NCBI RefSeq assembly: GCF_009914755.1
Contig: NC_060932.1
Length of the DNA stretch: 64,000 nt
Strand: one strand, 5' to 3'
DNA from: the human T2T-CHM13v2.0 reference genome, Homo sapiens
Positions 50,693-64,000 of the stretch are shown one piece after another (the stretch's first letter is position 1; each line of letters opens with the position of its first letter). The position numbers and the translations under genes are program-made. Under the pieces are notes generated by a model, which did no database searches, was not told the origin of the DNA, and saw only the letters and a list, made by a program, of their open reading frames with translations.

Positions 50693-51510
50693 TGAACCCC
50701 CTTGTCAATTTATCACTTCTCAGCTCCAAACTCATCCTTCAGTATCTACTCTGTGATAACAGATTGAACAATAAGCATTTATCCTTTAAAATGAGAATAA
50801 GTAGAGGACATTGGAGGGGCACTGCAGGAGGAAAGGAATTTCTCATCCTAGTGTTGGTGTGCTCATTTTTTTTTCTTTTTTGCTCCCACACAAGGTTAGT
50901 GGTGTATGCATCTGGTGGTGTTTTGCTCCGGCTGCACACAGAATGTACAGTCCACCTTGCAGTCCCAGCCTAGGAAGCCTGGTGACCACCTTGCTGCAGC
51001 CCTCTTGAGATGCACCCCACATGCTCCTGGCCTTGTACCTGTAGCAGTGCCCTGACTCCCTCTGTATGCCCACCTGTCAATCTCAGCTTTCCTTTCTCCT
51101 AAAGGTTGGCTTCTGAGGTCCTTCCAATGTGTATAAGTTCTGCCCCAGTTTCACACCTGCAGAAATGTCCTAACTCTCTCTGCAATCTGCTCACTAGCCT
51201 TGGCTTGCCTGTGTCCCAGAGGACCGTTTCCTGTTTATCAGACAATTCTAAACCAGCTCTGGCCCGAGGCACGCCAGCAAACTTCCACATCATCCAGTGT
51301 CGTGCAGCCACAACTTCTCCAATAAAGTCTGAACACCAGAGGGGGACTCTCTTCCAACTTTGTCCTGCTTTGGCTACTCACCCTCAGCCCTAGAATAGTT
51401 TAGATTCTCTAAACATATTTATATTGTTCTATCACAGCATCATAATCCTTTAAACTTAGCCTATTTAAATTACGGTGTGTTCTGTCTCCTGGTTGGACCT
51501 AGATTGACAG
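50693..51510 (+). mobile_element. Old ERVL LTR (LTR33/41-like)
   Basis: Starts TG directly after the PPT; ends ...TCTGTCTCCTGGTTGGACCTAGATTGACA. Confidence 0.5.
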
Positions 51511-52321
51511 ATGTAATTGACTTGATTGTTAAGTTTGGGATAGGGAAGTGAGCGTGAGTAGCACTTTCTTTCCCTCCTCTCTCTTTGGAAATAAGCTGCT
51601 TACAGAGAAAATGCATTCTGCCCCATTCCTCCTTGCTGTAACTTTAACAAGATCAGGCCATATAATAGTCTTAGTTCAGTGTTGTCTGTGGTTAGATGGG
51701 TATATGATTCTGGGGCTTGGTATAAGGGAACCTACTTTTACACCTATATAAGCCTCATTATCTAATTTTAGCTTTATCATTAATAAATGCAATATCCCAT
51801 GCTCCCTCTTCCACATCTTGTCTATGTCTGGATTGGCTTGGAACCTGGGTGGGAAAGAGATCAATGTGAATCACTTAACAAAAACAGCTTGCAGCTTTTC
51901 CTTTTGTTATGTTCAATGTGAACTGGTTTTATAATTTCCTAGCCTTACAGTGGTACAAGTCCAATATCATAATATTGAAATTTAATACTAAACACAATTC
52001 TGGAATATTAGATCTCAGAAAATCTACCAGGGAGAACTTACAAATCATCCAACTTTTGTACAGTTGGACCTTCCACCATAAGCATATTTTATTTTTCTAT
52101 AAATCTTCTACCTTTGTGCCTTTCATGAGCTGAATAATCTCTTTAACTTATATAAATATCAAACAATGTTTTCCTATAAAACTGAACACATTTTAAAGAA
52201 ATTATGTGACCACACAATGGCCCCAAAGTGCTCAATTTTCATAAAGGTGACTTCGATTTCCACAGAAACAAGAGTCCACCTAGATCAAAACAGCTGATGG
52301 GGAAGTGACATACAGAATTCA

Positions 52322-52765
<444 letters not shown>

Positions 52766-52972
52766 TCACCCAGCTGAAAACTCCAGAAGTACATGCTGCT
52801 AGGGGTAAGGGTTGATCCAGAATCCCATGCAACACAACAAAGTACCTAGTTCGTTTCTTTCAATTTCTTATTGTTACTTCCTTGGTGCTGACTCCATTTT
52901 GGACAAACTAACTCTGCTTAATCTATGATTCTAAATTGGCTTTGAGAAGCTCTAAAAATTAGCTCTAAGTTC

Positions 52973-53096
52973 TTTCACCTTGAGTATAGTGACATAAATT
53001 CTGTCTTTGTTGTTTCATGAATGAGGAGGTTCCTCTGTCACCCCTAATGAGGATTCATGAAACAGTAAAGAGAGAATTTATGTAATCAGGGTGAAA
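52973..53096. repeat. Inverted repeat (31-nt core arms, 30-nt loop)
   Basis: 52992-53022 vs 53053-53083, 28/31 complementary; outer arms TTTCACCTTGA / TCAGGGTGAAA. Confidence 0.9.
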
Positions 53097-53288
53097 ATGT
53101 CTTTAAGAGTCACTGATCAGACCAGCTTAAGTAACTATGTCAATTCCAAACCACTCGTTATGAATAGAGATGGCACATTCAGGTCGGCTCTGTTTATTAG
53201 GGCCTATCTCTGGCGCAGGTGAGGCTGATCCCATCTAAATCACAAAACTGAAAATGGAGGGAGGGGGTAGGTTCCAAAAAGAAATTCA

Positions 53289-53459
53289 GGGTCCAGGTGA
53301 GGTAGCTCATGCCTGTAGTCTCAGCTATGAGGTGGGAAGATCCCTTGAGTCCAGGAGTTTGAGCCTGCAGTGAGCTATGATCACGTGATCACGTCACTAC
53401 ACTCCAAACTGGGTGACAGAGCGAGACCCCGTCTCAAAAAATAAACAACAACAAAAAAA
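53289..53459 (+). mobile_element. Alu monomer (FLAM/FRAM-like)
   Basis: Single arm with A-rich tail. Confidence 0.75.
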
Positions 53460-53992
53460 GAACTTTAGACTACTACTCCAAGAAGGAAGAAGAGACGGAT
53501 GCTGTGCAGCCAACTAACAGGTATTCATTCATTACAGGTACTTCCAGAGTCTTTCTCCTATTTAGTCCTTTAGAATGAAATTTAAGACTTTAACCCCAAA
53601 CCTCACATAGTTTCTGCATGTTACCTAACACATCTTTTGAAAACAGGCATAACGGTAACTAAATCATGTCATAGGATTTTCTTCCTATAAGCTATTTTAC
53701 AATAGCTAAAGAGACCTTGTTATAAAAATGGTAATAATACATACTTTATCTGGAGGATTTTATATTGTGTCCACATTCAAAAGAAAATATTAACTCTGAT
53801 GACTCATAAACTCCAACATACTTTTTAGTTGATATCCCTCTTTTAGTGTGTTTAGAAGACATGACTTTCTAAATATTGTCAGACTACAAAAGCACGTATT
53901 GAAATATAATAGTCTTCTTTTCACAAGGCATAGTACCCATCATTGTCCATTGTCTTTGATTACATTCTCTGGTGCACAGTTCCAGCAAGTTG

Positions 53993-54281
53993 TTTTTTTT
54001 TTTTGTTTGTTTGAAACGGAGTCTCGCTTTGTTGCCAGGTTGTACGGTGGCGTGATCTCAGCTCACTGCAACCTCTGACTCCCTGGTTCAAGCTATTCTC
54101 CTGCCTCAGCCTCCAGAGCAGCTGGGATTACAAGCACGCACCACCACGCCCAGCTAATTGTTGTATTTTTAGTAAGTTTCACCATGTTGGCCAGGATGGT
54201 CTCGATCTCCTGATCTCGTGACCCGCCCGCCTCAGCCTCCCAAAGTGCTGGGATTATAGGCGTGAGCCACCGTGCCCATCC
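53993..54281 (-). mobile_element. AluSc-like
   Basis: Antisense Alu with GGATGGTCTCGATCTCC diagnostic. Confidence 0.9.
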
Positions 54282-55759
54282 CCTTAGCCTGTATCTTTAT
54301 CTTCAAGGGTTCTCCCTACAGCCATGTTCTGGTTTTCCCTTTGCCAACCTCTCCTACCTATACTCCTTCGTAGAACTGCAGTACCTTTACAAGCTAAAGT
54401 TCTTTACCTTCCTTTCATCTGCCAAAATCCAGGAAAGAAGAGCCCATAGTGAAATAAATACTTACAGTCACCCCACCCCCTAAGTTGCTTGCAATGTGTC
54501 ATCAGCCTCTATAATTCAAATCTGCTTTATCAGTGGCATCAATCTTCATCCTACTGAAATATCTATTGGTTGACTAACACCTTCTGTTTTGAATTTGTTC
54601 CTCCTGTCTGACCAGTCTTCCTCTGTCACCCCTAAGCAGTAGCCATGTCTCTCTGTTCTAATTACTCTTACTTCTCTTTTACCCAATAAAGCCCACATAG
54701 GTTGTCAGGCTCTGAGAGTTCTCATGTCCTGGTCTCAATCTTCCATCTTTCTCTTCCTTTTCCTTTTATTATCACATTAATTGACAACTCACTGTTCAAG
54801 GCAGGTCACCTGTGCTTTCCTTTTTCCATGGTTCCCTCTGGAATCTTCATTCAATGCCCAGCTTAAATGTTTCCCCCTCCATGAACCCTGCTCTAGTTCC
54901 CCCAAGCTATAAATCACCACTTCAGACTCCATCGACCAGGTCCAAGCTGCCACCTGCTCATGACTCGACATTTGTAAAAGCTTCCCAACTAGTATTCCTG
55001 CTTTTTTGCCTTTCTCCTGTTTCCTCTATACAATCACCAGAATGATCTCTCAATCAAAACTCTTCACCATGGCCTACAAGGCCTGGTCTCTGCTAACATT
55101 TATTGGCCCAGGCACACTAAGCGCCTTTTAAAAATTCATTAATTTAATCCTCTCAATAATCCTACGGCTATGTACTTTTAATATCCTCATTTGCAGTAGA
55201 TGCTGTTGGTGACTTACCCAGACCCCTTTCACAGGACTGGTGCACCCATACCCTAGCTGCTGTAGGTGTTGGCTGGTAAGAACTGACACCTCCACCCTTA
55301 TCTGGAGGATTGCCCTTGGCTGAGGAGAGGTAACAGTCACTCCTCCATCCTTTCTCCCTGTAGCCAGTGGTCCGTGACAGCCTGATGTGGGAACCTAATG
55401 GCTCAGCCCCTTCAACTCTGGGCAGGACAACGCTGGGCCCAATTCATTCAGCAGAGTGCCCTATGAGTCAGGGTGAGGCTGCACTACTCCTGAAACTCTT
55501 CTTCCCCGGCCTTACCCTGCTTGCTTTACTCCATTACAGATTTCTCCTGAAAGTGCTCCCTCAATCACTTGCCCAAGAATCCCCATCTCCGGCATTGTTA
55601 CAGAGGAAGTGATCTAAGACACCATTTTACAGATCAGGAAACCTAAGACAAAGAGGGCTGAAGTGATCTGCCTAAGGTCAAACAGAAAATGGGAAAGCTG
55701 AATTTTGAAGCCAGAGGGCCTGGCTGTCCCACCTGAGCTCTTTCCCACCATACTGCAGT

Positions 55760-56175
55760 GGCCACTTCTCCAACCTCCTCTCTCTCCTCACCCATCCCCT
55801 CTAGCCAACTTAATTCCTCCCTCAGGCCCTTTTTACTTCCTATCCTCTCTGCCTAGAATGTGTTTCCTCTCACTGTGGCTCGCTTCCTCACTTCTTTCAA
55901 AATGTTCCAAATACTATCTCAGAGACCTTTCCTGACCCCAACCATACTACCTAAGATAGCAACACTATTCCCCCGTTCTGCTGTAGTTTTATTTATAGCA
56001 TTAAATACCTGAAATTACATTATGCATATATTTCCTTTTCTGTCACTTACACCAAGATGAAAATTCCCTGAGGGCAGGAATATTGTCTGGCTTATTTATT
56101 GCTATATCCTCAGTGCTTGGTGACGTACCTGCCAAAGAGCAGGAGTTGAGTGACTATTTGTTGTTGAATGACTGA
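55760..56175 (+). mobile_element. L2 3' region
   Basis: TTCCCTGAGGGCAGGAATATTGTCTGG...TATTTGTTGTTGAATGA. Confidence 0.7.
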
Positions 56176-56294
56176 AATTGAGTTCTCTTCTGTCAGAACT
56201 CTTACCAGGCTTTGTGAGATATTCCTTACGAGTTCTTAATCTATAGCTGTAATTATTTAATGCATATTTATCTATCACACAAGCTTGTATGCTC

Positions 56295-58059
<1,765 letters not shown>

Positions 58060-58195
58060 TTACTTTCTCTTTTCTCTAAGGTCAAGTAAAAAATGTGAGA
58101 CGTTTTCATATACCACAAAGGTAATACAGCAGGCTGGAGTCACTCTAATCAAATTAGGAGCAATTCCCTTGTAAAATCCACCGACGCCTTCTTTC
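58060..58195 (-). CDS. SLC25A32: SLC25A32 last coding exon
   Basis: (R)[44 protein letters not shown]; carrier EG-x-x-x-x-[F/Y]-KG motif; 136 nt. Confidence 0.96.
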
Positions 58196-58879
58196 CTTTA
58201 GAGGGAAAAATAGATAATGCTTAATTTTGTATAGAGCTAGCTTGAAAACACGGAAGTTCTAACTGACACAAGGCATGGAGCAAGCAGCAGTCAAACCTTA
58301 CTCTGATTTAAGTTCATGTTTTCAATGTCCTAAAGTAATGTAGTTTATAAGCCATTTGTAGGGATTTACATTCCTTTTATGGATGGACTGAGTAAGAGAG
58401 GGTAGGGACACCTCAAAACTGAACTAAAAAGTGCTTTCAATTAGCTATCTTTCAAATGCTTTTAAATGTATGTACAAGCAGGAGTTTTAATTGACCTAAT
58501 GTAGGCATTAAAAAACCTCATAGCTTGGATAAATGCTAGCCAACATTAAATACAGCACATACAAATATAAAACTTTATTTCCTTAATGCCAATAATATGG
58601 AATACGGCCTAGAAATTTGTCACTTAGGTGCTCATTAAATATTTCTTGAATTGAATTAAATTTAAACATCCTAAATGTTCTCCTCTGTTCCTTTAGAATT
58701 AAAGGGAAATATGGTGATGTCTGCCTATAATAATTTAACTAGTCTCATACTGAAGAACAAACATCTCTTTCATATATGGAAACAAGTATTTGCAAAAGTT
58801 CTGGTGCCAGTAGCAGGTGTGGAGCCTTCTTGAATGTATTAAGCTAGTCTTATGACTTCTTATATTCAATACCATTCAG

Positions 58880-59075
58880 ATATTTTATAACACCTAAATT
58901 TTATTTTCCAAAACATTTTCACACATTTAATTTGATTCTTATAACAACCTATTAGTCTAGAAAGTCTTACTTTACAAATGAAGAAATTAAGTCTCAGAGA
59001 GATTAAGGCCATGGTCACATACGTAATAACTGGGAAAGCAGGGACCACCAATCATGTTTTCACCACAGCAAACTG
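58880..59075. mobile_element. MIR in an SLC25A32 intron
   Basis: TTTACAAATGAAGAAATTAAGTCTCAGAGAGATTAAG core. Confidence 0.7.
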
Positions 59076-59165
59076 GCCTTTGCTATAAAACTAGTATCAA
59101 CAGGATGGTCTAAGATATGCAAGGTACCTTGTCAAAGCAATTTTTGATATAGCACGTGCTCTCAC

Positions 59166-59311
59166 CTCCATGTCTTTGTGATTACATCTATTACACCACT
59201 GTAAAACATGTGTTGATCCTGAAGACGAGCTCTTACGACTTGATATGGGTATGTTGCTGCGACAGCAAATATTTTGGATAGTGCTGCAACAGATATATAT
59301 TCTACTGTGCT
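59166..59311 (-). CDS. SLC25A32: SLC25A32 exon (penultimate)
   Basis: [48 protein letters not shown](R); AG/GT ends; 146 nt. Confidence 0.96.
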
Positions 59312-59590
59312 CTAAAATGGCAATACAAAACAGTTTTTTCTTTAGACAGGATTTCTTTAAAAATACAGAAGTAAAAATTATATACAAAAAACATTTAAAT
59401 GGATCTTTAAGGGATTCTATTTTTGACATTTGTGTGGCTTCAGCCTATAAATATTTAACTATAAATTAAATCAGTGGCAGAGCCAGTACTCATCATCATA
59501 GCACTACCACCAAAGTAAGCATGACAAAAATTTCTACCTATTAAATACCCATAAAAGGAAATGATATCATTTTTACAAGAATAATCTTAC

Positions 59591-59704
59591 CAACTGGGCT
59601 TCTGGTAATCTATTGATATGCTGGTTGTACTTCAACTTCAGCAATTCATATGCCATAAACTGAAGGGCACCATGCGATGTTCCAAACAGCCCAGGAACAA
59701 ATCC
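59591..59704 (-). CDS. SLC25A32: SLC25A32 exon
   Basis: [38 protein letters not shown]; AG/GT ends; 114 nt. Confidence 0.96.
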
Positions 59705-60813
59705 CTACAAGGGAATGATTTTTAAAAAGCAAAACAACATACGTTTGAAGAACAATATATTTAAGTAAAATACTTTCTCTTCTCTCTCATTACAGCACTT
59801 TAAGCAAATTCATTTAATTTTGCACAAATCACATTTTTAAAATATGGGGTTAAAAACTTGTAATATAAAGACATGGGTAGTATTCTCTTCTACTTTATTT
59901 TTAAAGGTTTGGATGTTCACATATTAGTTTTTCTTTAAACAGTATACATATAAAGAAGACCCACACTGTCAAGACTTGAGGTGTGAGTGGGAAACTAAAT
60001 TCTGGAAAGTTAAGAAACTAAAGGTAATGGTAAATCAATGAACTGAGCATAGGTATTCTGAAAGAATAAGGCAGAAAGTGACGAAAAAACATAAAAGTAA
60101 TATATTTATAAAATTCTTGCTTATAGGTCAGTAAAATCATATCAGCCTTAAAATGATTTTAAAAGCTATTACTCAATTCTTGAAAAACAAACTGAAATTC
60201 AATGTGTCTAATTTTGATTTTAACCTATGTATGCCTAAAAATTTCTTTATGGGGATAAGCAATAGATGGGAATAGAAGGCAGAAAAGGGGAAAATAAAAA
60301 GGAGTTATAAAATCAGAAAACAGATCTGACACTAGGAAAAAAATTTTTAAAATATTACAACAGGCAAAAGGCTGGGTTTGATTTGTTTCGTTATTTTTAA
60401 ATTTATGTAAGATTTGAGATGAATAAAAAAACTCAATAAAATAAGATCCTGTTAGAACTGCTAATGTCTTCTCCAGACTACATTATCCCAGGTCCCCAAG
60501 AGACCACAGCTTCCAAGGAATGGAGTAAGGAATAAGTGATCTGGTTGTATAACTTATCAAATAGAAACTTGACAAAGTTTTAGACAGATCTCATGCCCAC
60601 CAATGTCATGATGATACATCCTATGTTAATGGGGACAAACAGCTTAAAGTACAATTTCAGTATTATTAACTATATTTCAGTTTTCATTAAATTGTTTTTT
60701 GCCTAAGTGTGGCTTCTTTTTAGGACTTACTATAGGTCATTCAGAACTAAGACAACAGAGCCAACGGAAATTCAAATTTTTCAGTTATTTAAAATATATT
60801 GATAATTTGTTAC

Positions 60814-60974
60814 CTTATATAATCCACGCACACCTTCATACTTATATATTTTCACAAGTGTATCAAACATTCCTTTATATTGTCGGTGTGGGGAGTTAAC
60901 AACAGCATCATACTGTAACATAAGGCGAGTTTTTGTTACCCATAATGGGTTTGTAATGCAGAGGGTCATGGCTC
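60814..60974 (-). CDS. SLC25A32: SLC25A32 exon
   Basis: (G)[53 protein letters not shown]; 161 nt. Confidence 0.97.
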
Positions 60975-61898
60975 CTAAAATGAGATTTCAATAAGATTAT
61001 TCAGCATACAGATACTTTCGCACTTATGACAACCCAAATTAGAAACAGTACATTTATGTAAAAAAAAAAAAAAAAAAAAAAGATAATGCACAGGACCATA
61101 TCTGAAACTGTGAAATGTAGTTTCTGAGGCACAGTCTTAGGGTCAAAAGGTAGACATTGTTTTTGGTAGTCATAAAAAGTTCCTCATGCAGTTAGCTAGA
61201 GGTAAATTAAAAGGGAGATGGAAATGTGAAATGCTTTCTCTTTGAAGTGTAAGGATAGCAAAAATGTCTTGACTCCTAAACAACGTGGCCTGGTGCAGAG
61301 AACAGATGGTAAGCAGATACAGACCTTAGGTGTAGCACATGGTATAATCCCAGAGGGGTTGAAGATAGGCGAAAAGAACCAGGAATCTGGCACCCCAATA
61401 ATCTGTGCATGTGACACATATATCTACCCCAACTTTATCACAATCTTCCTCAAATCCAAAGTAACTACTACCCCTCAAAAATTAAATAATTATGTAATAC
61501 AGTAAGTCACATTTTACATCCTTTATAGAGTGACAATTTTATTAAAAAATTCATCTGGTTAAGTTTCTCATTTGCCAGGTTTCCTAAGTAGTCCTTTATT
61601 CAACAAATATTTGGTCCTGTTATGACTCAGGTTTTTGCTAGTGGCTATGTGTTCAAAAATGATTAAGTTAGGTTTTGACTAATCAACATTAAGAAATCAA
61701 GGTATTAAAGTAGGAGTTACAAAGACTTACGGCTCTTACTGTTTTTTCCTTCTGGATAGTATACATAAGTGAGGCGATTAAACAAGGCTACTAAATTGTA
61801 TAATTTGAAAATTAAAATTATACTTTAAAGAAACACTATACCAAATCATTTTAAACCATTAGGGATTCATAACTTTTCTAAACTTTACCACTTTGTCA

Positions 61899-62290
<392 letters not shown>

Positions 62291-62426
62291 AGAAATTCCA
62301 TGTAACTGATTTAATACAGTTAGATGGGCATATTTAAACTCAGGTGTTCAAAGAAAAGAAATCAAAAACCAAAACTGAAAATTAAGTTTGGAAGGTGACA
62401 TTTTTATATTTCACACATTGCCTTAC

Positions 62427-62512
62427 CAGCTTCAGCAGCTGAGACAAGGTATTCTGTTGCCTCTAAACGTTCAGCTCTTCCTTCTGTTTTATATGACTTG
62501 ATGGCATTGTAA
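62427..62512 (-). CDS. SLC25A32: SLC25A32 exon (upstream exons lie beyond the window)
   Basis: [28 protein letters not shown](G); TTTTAG / GTAAGG; 86 nt; phases fit the next exon. Confidence 0.95.
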
Positions 62513-63305
62513 CTAAAAGAATTAAATGTGAGCAGTTTAATTTGAATAGGTGTCATTAAGTCTGTTTTAAAGTGTATGTAAGTCAACAGCAGTACCCCAA
62601 AAGCACAAGTCAATGCATAATGCAACCACAAAATGAGACCTTTTTCAAGAATGAATTTGCTGGAAGTGGTTTGCTGCAAGATTATACCACCCCTCCCTCT
62701 CAAATGAATACGGCTAGCAATACAAATGTAAAATATTTTAATCAGACACTCATCAATTAACTTCAAAAGACAGGGAAACTGGGAGGAGGGGAGAGTACAG
62801 TAGTGGTACACAGACTGGCCATAAAAGACAAAAGGGACCAAAGAAGGGGTACCTAACAAATATATACTGAGCACCTACGTTCAGGTACTATAGTTAGCTT
62901 TCTAATAGATGATAAAAAGATAAACAAGTGATGAATTTTTCTTAACAAATTAATAAGGACTATTAAGTGGCACACAAATAAATCATAATAAAAGACAACA
63001 CAGACAATAGAAGAAATTCAGGAATTATGACTGAGATCACAGAAGGCTTTGTGTAGGAGGTAGTATTGAGCTGGGTATTGAGACAGGCACAGTTTCAACA
63101 AGGAAAAAGATGAGCATGGTGAAAAGTAATAAGGGTGGGTGGGAAGACAGGGAAAATTGGCCACACTTGAGTGGTAGATTGAGATTTGCATTTTATTTGG
63201 TAGAAAATATCCATTAAATGTTTCAGAGTAAGGGAGTCAAATCAGCCTATTTCCTTTAATGCCGATTTCTACTTTTCTCTTGGATGACGATGTCAAGTGA
63301 ACACA

Positions 63306-63619
63306 TTCTTTCTTTTTTTTTTTATTTCAGAGACAGAGTCTCACTCTATCACCCAGGCTGGAGTGCAGTGACACAATCATAGCTCACTGTAACCTTGAAT
63401 TTCTAGGCTCAAGCAATCCTCCTGCCTCAGCCTCCTAATTAGCTAAGACTACAGGCATGCAGCATCATGATGCCAGACTAATTCTTTTTTAAATTTTTTG
63501 AAGAGATGGAGGTCTCACTATGTTGCCCAGGCTGGTCCTGAACTCCCAGACTCATGTGATCCTCCCACCTTGGCCTCCTAAAGTGCTGGGATTACAGGTG
63601 TGAGCCACTGCACCTGGCC
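63306..63619 (-). mobile_element. AluJ
   Basis: Full-length antisense Alu. Confidence 0.9.
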
Positions 63620-63700
63620 CAAGAAATTCTTATCACAAAAATTTTATATGGCTTGTCCTTAGAAGCTGTCTTGAAGAATCTATACAACTCAAATTCATGA

Positions 63701-63734
<34 letters not shown>

Positions 63735-63838
63735 CACACACATATACATAAACATATCTATATATACATATATACATACATTCTATACACACATATATAT
63801 GTCAAGGGGGGTGTGTGTGTATATAGTTTCACACACAC
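63701..63838. repeat. Compound (TG)n(TA)n(CA)n microsatellite
   Basis: Directly visible. Confidence 0.9.
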
Positions 63839-64000
63839 CTCTCTAAAGAGAAGAAAAAGAGAAAAAATATTTAAACAATTTTAAGGCTGAATTTTATTTT
63901 GCTTTCACTTAAAAGATACTTTAAGATTGGTTTGGATACTGCCATAAACTTATGGGAGATCAAGCAAAATATATGACACAAAGAAGACAAAGGCAAATAC

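Noticed and set aside
62404-62874. 156-aa ORF as one large SLC25A32 exon
   Set aside because: Only 62427-62512 is bounded by splice sites and is carrier-like; the rest is intron.

Overview
Human-like (primate) genomic DNA. The gene content matches 8q22.3. The window holds the complete CTHRC1 gene on + (four coding exons, 732 nt = 243 aa + stop, plus an alternative first coding exon lacking the signal peptide). The 3' part of SLC25A32 (mitochondrial folate/FAD carrier; five coding exons and the 3'UTR) lies convergently on -. The rest is mostly interspersed repeats: about 25 Alus, L1, L2, MIR, MaLR/ERVL LTRs, Tigger1 and hAT MERs. Most short ORFs in the track are repeat-derived noise. I found no new protein-coding system. 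The most unusual structure is that CTHRC1 is bracketed by two inverted L1PA7-like elements with their own intact TSDs, which share two ~98%-identical patches inside more diverged sequence. This looks like ectopic gene conversion and creates an inversion substrate. One of these L1s is a U6 snRNA-L1 chimera with a probable short 3' transduction. Other notable items are a tiny twin-primed L1 inversion in intron 3, a fold-back hairpin whose loop is copied from 1.6 kb away, a 56-bp perfect microsatellite palindrome, and a uORF one base out of frame with CTHRC1. Repeat subfamily calls are by eye, and boundaries of old repeats are approximate.
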